A stretch of 64,000 bases of DNA from the human T2T-CHM13v2.0 reference genome, Homo sapiens, in assembly GCF_009914755.1 (NCBI RefSeq), contig NC_060945.1; one strand, written 5' to 3'. How positions within the stretch are numbered: the stretch's first letter is position 1; every line of letters begins with the position of its first letter. Of the stretch, positions 14,101 through 28,271 are shown piece after piece. The notes beneath the pieces were generated by a model, which saw only the letters and a list, made by a program, of their open reading frames with translations, was not told the origin of the DNA and did not search any database. Made by a program: the position numbers and the translations under genes.

Positions 14101-15250
14101 CCACTCCCACCTATTCCATTCCATTCCATTCCATTACACTCCACTCTACTCCATTCTACTCCACTCCACTCCGTTACATTCTATTCCACTCCAGTCCATT
14201 CCATTCCACTGAACTCCACTCCACTCTATTCCATTCCATTCCACTCCAATCCATTCCATTCCACTGTACTCTACTCCACTCTATTCCATTCCATTCCACT
14301 CCACTCCACTCCACTCCATTCCATTCCATTACATACCATTCTGATCTATTCCCTTCCTCTTCACTCCACTCTATTCCATTCCATTCCATTCCATGCCATT
14401 CAATTCCATGCCATTCCATTCCACTGCACTCCGATTAACTCCATACAACTCCATTCCATTCCACTCCATAACACTCCATTCTGTTCTGTTCCATTTTGTT
14501 TCATTCCATTCCATTCCATCCCGTTCCATTCCATTCTATTCCACTCCATGGCATTCCATTCCACTCCATTCCATTCTACTCCACTCCACTCCACTCCACT
14601 GCTTTCCATTCCACTCGACTCCCCTCAACTCTGTTCCATTCCGTCCCGTTCCATTCTCTTCCTTTCCATTCCATTCCACTCCATTCCATTCTTCTCCTCT
14701 CCATTCCACTCCACTCCATTTCACTCCATTACAATCCATTTCATTCCACACCACTCCTCTCAACTCCATTCCTTTCCATTCAATTCCTCTCCACTCCTTT
14801 CCATTCCATTCCATTCCATTTCATTCCACTGCACTCAGATCCACTGCCCTCAACTCCATTCCACTCCACTCCATTCCATTTAATTCCTCTGCACTCAAAT
14901 CCACTGCACTCAACTCCACTCCACTCTGTTCCCTTCCATTCCATTCCATTGCATTCCATTCTGTTCCAATTAATTCCATTCCATGCCACTCCACTGCATT
15001 CCACTCCATTCCACTCCACTCCACTCCACTCCATTCCACTATAATCAATTCCATTCCACTGCACTCTGATCCACTCCAATGAACTCCACTCCACTCCATT
15101 CATGTCCTTTCCACTCCGTTCTGTTCCCTTCCATTCCATTATGTTCCACTCCATTCCATTCCACTCCATTGCATCCCACTCCATTCCACTCCACTCAACT
15201 TAACTCCATTCCACTCCACTCCACTTAACTCCATTCCATTCCATTCCATT
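11200..15250 (+). repeat. Diverged ~1.4-kb triplication (also at ~38870-42920)
   Basis: CCGATTAACTCCA at ~11612, 13046 and 14431; CCACTCGACTCCCCTCAACTCTG at ~11842, 13251 and 14611; ends approximate. Confidence 0.85.
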
Positions 15251-16769
15251 CCATTCTTTTCCAATCCACTCCATGCCATTCAACTCCACTGCATTCCATT
15301 CCATTTGACTGCACTCCATTCTATTCCATTCCATTTTGTTCCATTCCACTGTCCTCCAATCCACTCCACTCAACTGCACTCCACTCCGCTCCACTCCATT
15401 CCATTCCATTCCATTCCATTTCATTCCACTCCTTTCCATTCCATTGCACTAAATTCCTTTCCATTCCACACCACTCCATTGCATTCCATTCCACACCATT
15501 CCATTTCATTCCACTCCATTCCATTGCATTCCACTAGATTCAATTACATTCCACTCCACTCAACTCCACTCCACTCTACTCAGTTCCGTTCTGTTACATT
15601 CCATTCTGTTCTTTTCCATTCCATTCCATTCCCTTCCGCTCCACTTTATTCCATTCCACTCTATTCCATTCCACTCCCCTCCACTCCACTCCGCTCCACT
15701 CCACTCAACTCCATTCCACTCCACTCCACTCTACTCCAATTTGTTCCATTCCGTTCCTTTCCATTCTGTTCCATTGCGTTCCATTCCACTCCATTCCATT
15801 CCACTCCACTCCACTCCATTTTACTAAATTCCACTTCATTCATCTCCACTCCACTCCACTCCATTACATTCCATTTCATTGCACTCCACTCCATTCCATT
15901 CCATTCCTTTCCATTCCATTCAATTCCATGCCACTCCACTGCACTCCAATCCACTCCACTCAAATCCATTCCACTCCACTCCATTCTGTTCTGTTTCATT
16001 CCATTGCTTTCCATTCCATTCCTTTCCATTCCATTCAATTTCATTTCATTCCACTGCATTCCATTCCACTCCATTACACTCCACTCCACTCCACTCGAAT
16101 CCACTCCACTCCACTCCATTCCACTACACTACACTCCATTCCATTCCATTCCATTCCACTGCAACTCCGATTCACTCCACTCCATTCCACTACACTACAC
16201 TCCATTCCATTCCATTCCATTCCATTCCACTGCAACTCCGATTCACTCCACTGAATTCCAATCCACTTCACTCCATTGCATTCAATTCAATGCCACCCCA
16301 CTCCTTTCCATTCAATTTATTTCCATTCCATTCCGTTCCACTGCACTCCGATTAGCTCCGCTAAACTCCACTCCACTCCACTCCTCCCCGTTCCTTTCTG
16401 TTCCATTCCATTCCATTCCATTCCAATCCGTACAATTCCATTCCATTCCACACCACTCAATTCCATACAACTCCATAGCACTCCACTCCACTCCAACTCA
16501 CTCCAATCGACTCCACTCAACTCCACTCCTCTCCACTCCACTGCACTCCATTCCACTCTGATCCCCTCCAGTCCACTCCACTCCATTCCATTCTGTTCCA
16601 TTCCATTTCCTTTCGTTCTGTTCCATTCATCTCCATTCCATTCCTTTCCATCCCACTCGATTCCACTCCACTAAATTCCACTCCACTCTATTCCACTCCA
16701 CTCCACTCCATATCACTCCATTCCATTTCACTCCACTTCATTACATTCTACTCCATTCCATTCAATTCC

Positions 16770-16846
16770 TTTATTTCCACTGGATGTCACTCTGTCACTC
16801 AAACTGGAGTGCAGTGGCACAATCTTAGCTCACATTTCATTTCACA
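16770..16846 (-). repeat. Alu-derived spacer 8
   Basis: GGATGTCACTCTGTCACTCAAACTGGAGTGCAGTGGCAC core. Confidence 0.9.
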
Positions 16847-19140
16847 ATTCCATTCCATTCCATTCCATTTCATTCCATTCCTTTCCATTCCATTCCATTC
16901 CTTTCCATTCCATTCCACTCTCTTCAACTCCAATCCACTACACTCCATTCCACTTCTCTGCATCCCACTCCAGTACACTGGAATCCACTCCAATCCACTC
17001 CACTCCATTCCACTACCCTCTACTCCATTCCATTCCACTCCATACCACTTCATAACAATCCACTCCAATCCTTTCCACTCCACTCCACTCAATTCCACTG
17101 CAATCCACTCCAATCCATTCCATTCCATTCCAATCCACTCCATTCCATTCCATTGCATTCCCTTCCAATCCACTCTACTCCATTCAATTTCGTTCCCCTC
17201 CAATCCTCTCCACTCCACTCCATTCCACTCAATTCCATTCCACTCCACTCAATTCCATTCCATTCTACTCCATTCCACTCCACGCTACTCCACTCCACTC
17301 CACTACACTCCACTTAATTTTATTCCATTCCATTCCATTCCATTCCATTCCATTCCATTCCATACCATTCCACTCCACTCCACTCCAATCCAATCCGTTC
17401 CATTCCACTGCACTCTGATCCACTCCACTCAACTCCACTCCATTCCACTTCATTCCATTTGATTCATTGCCACACCCCTCCTTTCCATTCTATTCCATTC
17501 CATTCCATTCCATTCCACTGCACTCCTATCCACTCCACTCAACTCCCCTCCACTCCACTATTTTCCATTCCATTCCATTCCATTCCATTCCATTCCTTTC
17601 CATTCCATTCATTTCCATTCCATTCCACGCCACTCCATTCCATTCAACTCCATTGAACTCCAATCCACTAAACTCCAATCCAATCCACTCCACTCCACTC
17701 CACTACGTTCCACTCCACTACACTCCACTACACTCCACTACTCTCCACTCTGTTCCATTCCGTTCCTTTCCATTCCATTCTGTTCTGTTCTGTTACATTC
17801 CACTCCATTCCATTCCATTCCACTCCAATGCACTCCAATCCATTTCACTGCATTCAACTCCATTCCACTCCACTCCAATCCACTTCACTCCATTCCATTC
17901 CGCTCCTTTGCATTCCATTCCACTCCATTCTATTCCATTCCATTCCACTCCATTCAACTCCATTCACCTCCACTTCCTTTCTCTCCATTCTGTTCCACTA
18001 CACTACACTCAATTCCCTTCCATTCCATTCCATTCCACTCCATTTCTTTCCATTCCATTCCACTCCATACCACTCCATTCCATTCTATTTCATTCCATTC
18101 CACTGTACTCCAATCCACACCACTTGACTCCACTGCAATCCACCCCAGTCCGTTCCATTTCGTTTCACTCCTTTCCCTTCCATTCCTCTCTATTCCATTC
18201 CACTCCACTCCAATCCAATCCACTCCACTCCTTTCCATACCACTCCATTCCATTCTAGTCCACTCCAATCACTCCATTCCATTGCATTCCACCCCATGCC
18301 ACTCCATTCCACTCCACTCCATGCCACTGCACTCCATTCCATTCCAGTCCTCTCCATTACACTCCATTCCATTCCATTCCATTCTATTCTATTCCATTCC
18401 ATTCCATTCCATTCCATTCCATTCCATTCCATTCCATTCTACTCTAGTCGGGTTGATTCCTTTCCTTTCACTTCCATTCCATTCCACTCCATTCCATTGT
18501 ACTCCACCCCATTCCACTCCATTCCATTCCACTCCACTCCATTCCATTTCATTCCATTCCATTCCATTCCACTGCACTTCCTTCTACTCCACTCAACTCC
18601 ACTACACACCACTCCATTCAATTTTGTTCCATTCCATTCCGTTCCATTCCACTTCATTCCACTCCACTACACTCAATTTTACTCCGCTCCATTTCACTCC
18701 ATTCCACTCCATTCCACTCCACTCCACTCCATTCCATTCCACTCCACTCCATTCCACTCCTTTCCATTCCATTCCATTCCATTCCATTCCGTTCCATTCC
18801 ACTCCATTCCACTCTGTTCCATTCCATTCCACTCCATTCCACTCTGTTCCATTCCATTCCCTTCCACTGCACTCCTATCCACTCGACTCAACTCCACTCC
18901 ACTGCACTCCACTCCGTTCCACTCCCTTCAATTCCATTCCGTTGCGTTCCATTCCATTCCATTCCATTCCATTCCACTCCAATCCATTGCATTCCACACC
19001 ATTCCACTCCACTCCTTTCCCTTCCACTCCTTTCAACTCCTTTCCACTCCATTCTATTCCATTCCTTTCCACTCCTTTCCATTCCATTCCATTACACTCC
19101 ACTCCATTCCATTCCATTCCACTCCATTCAATTTGATTCC

Positions 19141-19217
19141 TGTATTTCGGGTGGATCTCACTCTGTCACACAGAGATTAGTGCAATATCACAATCTTAGC
19201 TCACATTTCATTTCACC
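19141..19217 (-). repeat. Alu-derived spacer 9
   Basis: GGATCTCACTCTGTCAC...CAATCTTAGCTCAC. Confidence 0.88.
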
Positions 19218-19877
19218 ATTCCATTCAACACCACTCCATTACATTCTACTGCACTCTATTCCACTCCACTCCACTCCATTTAACTCCACTCCACTCCACT
19301 CCATTCCATTCCATTCCATTCTATTTAATTCCACTGCACTCTGATACACTCCACTCAACTCCACTCTACTCCACTCCACTACACTACGTTCCATTCCATT
19401 CATTTTCCTTCCGTTCCATTCTGTTCCACTCCAGTCCATTACATTCCACTCCACTCCTTTCCAGTCCATTCCATTCCATTCCACTCGACTCCACTCCACT
19501 CCACTTCTTTCCATTAAATTCCATTCCATTCCACTGCACTCTGATCCACTCCACTCATTTCCACTCCATTTCACTCCACTCTGTTCCGTTCCATTCCAAT
19601 CTCTTCCATTCCAGTCCATTCCATTCCATTCCACTGAATTCTGCTCCATTCCACTCAATTCCATTGCACTCCGTTCCACTCCATTCCACTCTATGTTATT
19701 CCAGTCCATTCCTCTCCTTTCCATTCCCTTTCTGTCCACTGCATTCAACTCCAGTCCACTCCACTCCATTCCACTCCTCTCCACTCCATTCCACTGCATT
19801 CCACTCCACTCCATTCCACTCCTCTCCACTCCATTCCACTCCATTCCATTGCAATCCCCTCCATTCCATTCCGTTCC

Positions 19878-19954
19878 TTTATATCGAATGGATCTCACTC
19901 TGTAACTCAGACTTAAGTGCAGTGGCACAATCTTAGCTCACATTTTATTTCACC
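19878..19954 (-). repeat. Alu-derived spacer 10
   Basis: GGATCTCACTCTGTAACTCAGACTTAAGTGCAGTGGCAC core. Confidence 0.9.
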
Positions 19955-20519
19955 ATTCCATTCCATTCCATTCCATTCCATTCCATTCCACTCTACTCCA
20001 TTCAATTCCACTCCATTCCACTCCATGCCACTCCACTCCTCTTCACTCCACTCCATTCCACTCCATTCCATTCCATTCCACTGAACTCCAATCCACACCA
20101 CTCAACTCCACTTGACTCCACTCTACTCCATTCCATTCCGTTTCATTCCTTTCCATTCCATTCATTTCCATTCCACTCCTTTATATTCCGCTCCACTCCA
20201 TTCTACTCCACTCCACTCCATTCTACTCCACTCCTCTCCATTCCATTCCATTTCTCTCCACTCCACTTCATTCCGTGCTATTCCATTCCATTCCATTCCA
20301 TTCCTTTCCCCTTCACTCCATTCCATTCCACTCCACTCCACACCACTTTACTCCGTTACCTTCCTTTCCATTCAATTCCGTTCCACTCCGTTCCATTCCG
20401 TTCAATTCTATTCCGTTCCACTCTACTCCAGTCCACTCCATTCCGTTTCACTCCATTCCGCTCCATTCCATTCCACTCCACTCCACTCCATTTCATTCTA
20501 CTCCATTCCATTCCATTCC

Positions 20520-20596
20520 TTTATTTATAATGGATCTCACTCTGTCAGCCAGACTGGAGTGCAGTGGCACAATCTTAGCTCACATTTCATTTCACC
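20520..20596 (-). repeat. Alu-derived spacer 11 (at the duplication junction)
   Basis: Near-consensus copy. Confidence 0.9.
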
Positions 20597-21059
20597 ATTC
20601 CATTCAACACCACTCCATTACATTCTACTGCACTCTATTCCACTCCACTCCACTCCATTTAACTCCACTCCACTCCACTCCATTTCACTCCATTCGACTC
20701 CATCACACTCCACTCCACACCACTCCAATCCACTCGACTCCACTCCATTGCTATCCAGTCCATTCCATTTCATTCCAACCCAATCCATTCCATTCCATTC
20801 CACTCCATTCCACTCCATTCCACTCCATTCCATTCCACTCCAATCCACTCCACTCAGTGTACCCCACTCCATTCGACTCCACTCCACTCCATTCCACTCC
20901 ATTCCTTCCATTCCACTCCATTACGTTTCACTCCATTCCACTCCATTCCACTCTATTCCACTCCACTCCATTCCATTCCACTCCATTCCATTTCATTCCC
21001 CTCCATTCCATTCCACTCCACTCCCTTCCATTCCATTCTACTCCATTTCCTTCCATTCT

Positions 21060-21134
21060 TTTATTTTGACTGGATCTCACTCTGTTACACATACTGGAGT
21101 GCAGTGGCACAATCAGTTCACATTTCATTTCACC
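21060..21134 (-). repeat. Alu-derived spacer 12
   Basis: Consensus with a 2-bp deletion (AATCAG instead of AATCTTAG). Confidence 0.9.
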
Positions 21135-21751
21135 ATTCCATTCCATTTCATTCTATTCCATTCCATTCCACTCCACGCCACTACACTACACTCAACTCCA
21201 CTCCATTCCACTCTACTCCATTCCGTTCTGTTCCATTCCATTCTGTTCCATTACATTGCATTGCATTCCATTCCATTCCATTCCATTCCATTCCATTCCA
21301 TTCCATTCCTCTCGACTCCATTCCACTCCACTCAATTCCACCCCATTCCACTCAACTCCACTGCAGTCCTCTCCACTCCACTCCATTCCACTACAGTACA
21401 CTAAACTCCACTCTACTCCACTCAATTTCCATCCATTCCATTCCATTCCATGCAACTGCACTCCGATCAACTGCACTCAACTCCACTCCACTCACTCCAT
21501 TTCATTCGGTTCTGTTGCAGCTGTTCCGTTCCTTTCAATTCCACTCAATTGCATTCCACTCCACTCCAGTCCGCTCCACTCCATTTTCTCCATTCCACTC
21601 CTATCCACTCCACTCCACTCCAATCCACTCCACTCCTCTCCATTACATTCCACTCCATTCTTCTCCATTCCTCTCCATTCCATTCCATTCCACTCCATTC
21701 CCCTCCGCTCCACTCCATTCCATTCCACTCCACTCAATTCCACTCCACTAA

Positions 21752-22322
<571 letters not shown>

Positions 22323-22336
22323 GCAGTGGCACAATC
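22323..22336 (+). repeat. Alu target-site duplication, right copy (GCAGTGGCACAATC)
   Basis: Identical to 22011-22024 and followed by TTAG of the interrupted spacer. Confidence 0.92.
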
Positions 22337-24981
22337 TTAGCACACATTTCATTTCACCATTCCATTCCATTACACTCCACTCAATTCCATTCCATTCCAC
22401 CACGCTCCACTACACTCTACTTCCCTCCACTCCATGCCACTCCACTCCATTCCACTCGACTCCTTTCCATTCCATTGCATTCAATTCCATTCTATTCCAT
22501 TCCATTCCAGTGCACTCCTATCCACTCCACTCAACTCCAATACACACCACTCCACTCCTCTCTGTTCCATTCCTTTCCATTCCATTCCGTTCTCTTCCAT
22601 GCCATTTCTTTCCATTCCATTCCATTCCACTCCACTCCATTCCATTCCACTCCACTCCATTCCATTCCACTCCATTCCATTCCATTCCACTCCACTCCAC
22701 TCCATTCCATTTCACTCCACTCCACTCCATTCCATTCCTTTCCATTGCATTCCATTAAATTCCACACCACTCCGATCCACTCCACTCAACTCCACTCCAA
22801 TCCACTCCACTCCAATCTGTTCCTTTCCGTTCCATTCCATTCCTTTCAATTCCATTCCTTTCCATTCCATTCCAATGCACTTCAGTCCATTCCATTCCAC
22901 TCCACTGCATTTCTCTCCATTCCACTCCATTAAAATCCTCTCTAATCCACTCCACACCATTGCACTCCTTTCCACCCCACTCCAGTCCATTCCACTCCAA
23001 TCCATTCCATTCCACTCCACTCATCTCCACTCCACCCCATTCCATTCCCTCCACCCCATTCCATTCTACTTCTTTCCATTCCTCTCCAGTCCATTCCACT
23101 CCAATCCACTTCATTCCATTTCACTCCACTCCATTCCATTCCGTTACATTGCAATCCATTCCATGCCATTCCACTCCATTCCATTCCACTGTCCTCCACT
23201 CCACTCCACACTACTCCATTACATTCCTTTGCATTCCACTAGACTCCATTCCTTTCCATTCCATTCCATTTCACTGCACTCGGATACAATCCACTGAACT
23301 CCACTGTACTCCACTCCACTCCATTCCGTTCCTTTCCATACCTTTGCGTTCCATTTCATTCCATACCGTTCCATTCCATTCCATTCCACTCCACTCCATT
23401 CCATTCCAATTCAATCCACTCCACTCTACTCCACTCCACTCCACTGTAACCCACATCACTCTTTTCCATTCCATTCCATTCCACTGCACTACAATCCACT
23501 CCATTCAGCTCCACTCTAATCCATTCCACTCCACTCCATTCCATTCAATTCCGTTGCGTTCTGTTCCGTTCCATTCCATTCCACTCCATTCTATTCCACT
23601 ACAATCCATACCACTCCACTACATTTCTTTCATTTCCATTCCATTACAGTCCACTCGACTCCACTCCAGTACACTCCATTCAATTCCATTCCACTCCATT
23701 CTATTCCAGTCCACTCCATTCCTTTTCATTCCGTTCCAATCCATTCCACTCCATTACACTCCACTCCACTACACTTCATTCCACTCCACTCCAAACCATT
23801 ACACTCCACTCCACTCCAATCCATTCTACTCCACTACACTCCATTCCATTCCATCCCATTCCACTCTACCCCACACCACTCCACTCCACCCCACACCACT
23901 CCACTCCATTCCATTCCACTCCACTCCATTCCATTGCAATCCATTTCATTCCATTCCATTCCACTCCACTCTGAACCACTCCACTCAATTCCACTGCATT
24001 CCACTCCACTCCACTTAGTTCTGTTCTGTTTCTTCCCATTCCATTCCTTTACATTCCATTCCATTCCTTTCCACTCCACTGTGAACCACTTCACTTAACT
24101 CCACTTCATTCCTGTCCAATCCACTCAGTTCCGTTCTGTTTCTTTCTTTCCGTTCCATTCCATTCCATTCCATTTCGTTCCATTCCATTCCAATCCCCTT
24201 CATTCCATTGCAGTCCACATCACTCCACTACACTCCATTCCATTCCACTCCACACCATTCCACTCCACTCCATTGCATTCCACTCCACTACAGTCCATTC
24301 CATTCCACTCTACTCCACACCACTCCACTACACTCCATTCCATTCCATTCCATTCCATTCCATTCCATTCCATTCCATTCCATTCCATTCCATTCCAATC
24401 CACTCCATTCCATTCCAATCCATTCCATTCCTTTCTATTCCATTCCACTATGAACCTCTCCACTCAACTCCACTGCATTCCAGTCCACTCCACTCAGGTC
24501 CTTTCTGTTTCTTTCCATTCCATTCCATTCCATTCCATTCCATTCCATTCCGTTCCATTTCATTCCAATCCTCTCCATTCCATTACAGTCCATTCAACTC
24601 CACTCCACTCCACTCAAATCCGCTTCACTCCACTCCACTCCGCTCCACTCAATTTCATTCCACTCCATTCCATTCCATTACACTCCATTACATTACATTC
24701 CATTGCTCTCCATACCCCTCCATTCCACTCCACTCCATTCTACTCCACTCATCTCCACTCCACTCCATTCCACTCCATTCCATTCCATTCCATTCCATTC
24801 CATTCCATTCCATTCCACTCCATTCCACTCCATTCCATTCCACTCCATTCCATTCCATTCCATTCCATTCCATTCCATTCCATTCCACTCCATTCCATTC
24901 CATTCCACTCCATTCCATTCCACTCCATGCCATTCCACTCCACTCCTTTCCTTCCCATTCTACTCCATTGCATTCCAGTCC

Positions 24982-25058
24982 TTTATTTCAAATGGATCTC
25001 ACTCTGTCACCCAGAAAGGAGTGCAGTGGCACAATTTTAGCTCACCTTTCATTTCACC
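24982..25058 (-). repeat. Alu-derived spacer 14
   Basis: GGATCTCACTCTGTCACCCAGAAAGGAGTGCAGTGGCAC core. Confidence 0.9.
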
Positions 25059-26381
25059 ATTCCATTCCATTCCATTCCCTTCCATTCCATTCCATTCTAC
25101 TCCACTCCATTCCATTCCACTTCACTCCATTCCACTCTACTCCCTTCCATTCCATTCCACTCCACCCCATTCCTTTCCATCCATTTGCATTCCTTTCCAT
25201 TCCACTGCACTCCAATCCACTCCACTCAACTCCTCTCCACTGCTCTCCACTCCGTTCCTTTCTTTTCCATTCCATTTCATTTCATTACTTTCCATTCCGT
25301 TACATTCCATTTCATTCCACTCCACTCCACTCCATTCCATTTCACACCATTCCACTCAACTCCCCACCACTCCACTACACTCTACTTCACTCCACTCCAT
25401 TCCTTTCCATTCCATTCCATTCCACTGCACTCGGTTTCACTCCACTCAACTCCACTCCATTCGACTCCACTCCACTCTGTTCCATTCCATTCCATTCTGT
25501 TTCATTCCATTCCACTCCTTTCCATTCCTCTCCCCTCCATATCACTCCACTCCATTTCCCTCCATTCCACTCCTTTTTACTCGACTCCTCTCCAATACAC
25601 TTTACTCCATTCCATTCCAATCCATTCCTTTCCAGTCCACTCCATTCCATTCCATTCCATTCCCCTCCATTCCACTCCATTCCACACCACTCCGTTCCAC
25701 TCCCTTACACTCCACTCCACTCCATTTCATTCCACTCCACTCCATTCTATTCCATTCCATTCCTCTCCACTACATTCCATTCAAATCCATCAAATTCCTT
25801 TCCATTCCACTGCACTGCGACCCACTCCTCTCAACTCCACTCCACTCCACTCCATTCCATTCCGTTCCACTCCATTCTGTTCCATTCAATTACATACCAC
25901 TCCACTCCTTCCATTCCACTCCATTCCACTCCACTCTACACAACTTCTCACAACTCCAGTCAATTCCACTCAATTCCACTCACTGCACTCCATTCCAGTC
26001 CATTTCATTCGATTCAAGTGCACTCCGATCCACTCCAGTGAACTCCTCTCCACTCCACCACACTCCTTTCCATTCTCTTCCATTCTGTTCCATTCCATTC
26101 CAATCCATTCAATTCCACTCCACTCCATTCCACTGCACTCCATTTCACAACATTCCACTCCATTCCATTGCACTCCACTGCATTCCACTCCATTCCACTC
26201 CACTCCATTCCCTCCCTTTCCACTGCATTCCATTCCATTCCATTAAACTCCACTCCACTCCGTTCCACTCCACTCCATTTCACTCCATTTCACTCCATTC
26301 CACTCCACTCCACTCCATTCCACTCCATTCCATTTCACTCCAACCCATTCCATTTCATTTTACTCCATACCTTTCCATTCC

Positions 26382-26458
26382 TTTATTTTGACTGGATCTA
26401 ACTTTGTCACCTAGACTGTAGTGCAGTTGCAGAATCTTAGCTCACATTTCATTTCACT
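26382..26458 (-). repeat. Alu-derived spacer 15
   Basis: GGATCTAACTTTGTCACC...TGTAGTGCAGTTGCAG variant. Confidence 0.88.
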
Positions 26459-26563
26459 ATTCCATTCCATTCCATTCCATTCCATTCCATTCCACTCCAC
26501 TCCACTCCATTCCATTTCACTCCAACCCATTCCATTTCATTTTACTCCATACCTTTCCATTCC

Positions 26564-26640
26564 TTTATTTTGACTGGATCTAACTTTGTCACCCAGACTG
26601 TAGTGCAGTTGCAGAATCTTAGCTCACATTTCATTTCACT
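26564..26640 (-). repeat. Alu-derived spacer 16
   Basis: Sister of spacer 15 (+182). Confidence 0.88.
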
Positions 26641-27480
26641 ATTCCATTCCATTCCATTCCATTCCACTCCACTCCACTCCACTCCACCCCACTCCATTCC
26701 ACTCCACTCCACTCCACTTCACTCCACTCCATTGCATTCCACTCCACTCCACTCTTTTCCATTCCATTCCATTTAATTCCATTCCATTGCACTCCCATCA
26801 TCTCCACTCAGCTCCACTCCACTCCACTCCACTCCCTTCTGTTCCGTTCCATTCCATTCCATTCCATTCCATTCCATTCCTTTCCATTCCATTCCACTCC
26901 ATTCAATTCCATTCCACTCCATTCTGCTCCACTCCATTCCACTCCACTCCACTCCACTCCACTCCGTTCCATTCCATTCCTTTCCTTTCCACTACAGTCC
27001 GATCCCCTCCACTCAACTCCACTCCATTGCACTACACTCCACTCTGTTCCATTCCATTCCGTTCTGTTCAGTTCCGTTCCGTTCCGTTCCGTTGCATTCC
27101 TCTCCATTCCATTCCACTCCACTCCATTTAACTCCACTCCTTTTCACTCCATTCTAATCCATTCGTTTCCATTCCACACCACTCCTTTCCATTCCATTCC
27201 ACTAAATTCCATTCCATTCCTTTCCAAACCACTCCACTTCATTCCACTCCACTCCACTCCATTCCTCTTCAATCCATTCCACTCTACTCCACTCCATTCC
27301 ACGCTATTCCATTCCGTTCCACTCCATTCCATTTCATTCCATTCCACTCCATTCCACTCGATTCGACTCCACTCCATTCCAATGCACTCCACTCCATTCC
27401 ACTCCATTCCATTCCACTTCACTCCATTACATTCCACTTCACTCCATTCCATTCCATCCAACTACATGCCATTCCGTTCT

Positions 27481-27557
27481 CTTATTTAGACTGAATCTCA
27501 CTCTGTCACCCAGACTGGAGTGCAGTGGCAGAATCTTAGATCACATTTCATTTAACC
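27481..27557 (-). repeat. Alu-derived spacer 17
   Basis: TCTCACTCTGTCACCCAGACTGGAGTGCAGTGGCA core. Confidence 0.9.
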
Positions 27558-28037
27558 ATTCCATTCCAATCCATTCCATTCGACTCCATTCCATTCCATT
27601 CCACACCACTCCATTCCACTCCACTCCACTCCATTCCATTCCACTGCACTCCATTCCATTCCTTTCCATTCCATTCCACTGCACTCAGATCAGCTCCACT
27701 CAACTCCACTGCACTCCATTCCACTCCATTCCTATCTGTTGCATTCCTTTCCATTCCATTCCATTCCATTCAATTCCACTCCACTCCATTCCATTCTTCT
27801 CCATTCTACTCCATTCCACTCCTCTCCACTGCACTCCACTCCACTTCATTCCATTCCATTCCATTCCACTCCATTCCATTCCATTCCACTCCATTCCACT
27901 CCATTCTACTCCATTCCTTTCCATTCTATTCCTGTCCTTTCCACTACACTCCATTCCACTCCACTCTACTCCATTCCCCTCCATTCCATTCCACTCCAAT
28001 CCATTCCATTACATTCCACTGCATTCCATTCTATTCC

Positions 28038-28114
28038 TTTATTTCTATTGGATCTCACTCTGTCACCAAGACTGCAGTGCAGTGGCAAAATCTTAGCTCA
28101 CATTACATTTCACC
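28038..28114 (-). repeat. Alu-derived spacer 18 (copy of 1)
   Basis: Duplicate at +27667. Confidence 0.9.
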
Positions 28115-28194
28115 CTTGCATTCCATTCCATTCCTTTCCATTCCATTCCACTCCAATCCATTCCATTACATTCCACTCCATTCCATTCTATTCC

Positions 28195-28271
28195 TTTATT
28201 TCTATTGGATCTCGCTCTGTCACCAAGACTGCAGTGCAGTGGTAAAATCTTAGCTCACATTTCATTTCACC
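28195..28271 (-). repeat. Alu-derived spacer 19 (copy of 2)
   Basis: Duplicate at +27667. Confidence 0.9.

Larger units (their letters stand above)
1..20602 (+). repeat. Large near-identical duplication, copy 1 (left end outside the window)
   Basis: The ORF track recurs at +27667 (33..332 vs 27700..27999; 7579 vs 35246; 20112 vs 47779), and direct reading confirms this up to 20602/48269. Confidence 0.96.
26320..26680 (+). repeat. 182-bp tandem duplication containing spacers 15 and 16
   Basis: CAACCCATTCCATTTCATTTTACTCCATACCTTTCC at 26341 and 26523, with near-identical spacers. Confidence 0.88.

Noticed and set aside
18441-18475. Non-pentamer-looking patch CTCTAGTCGGGTTGATTCC
   Set aside because: It stays roughly in pentamer phase and a related CTCTAGTCGAC occurs near 53588; best explained as clustered substitutions, too short to call an insertion.
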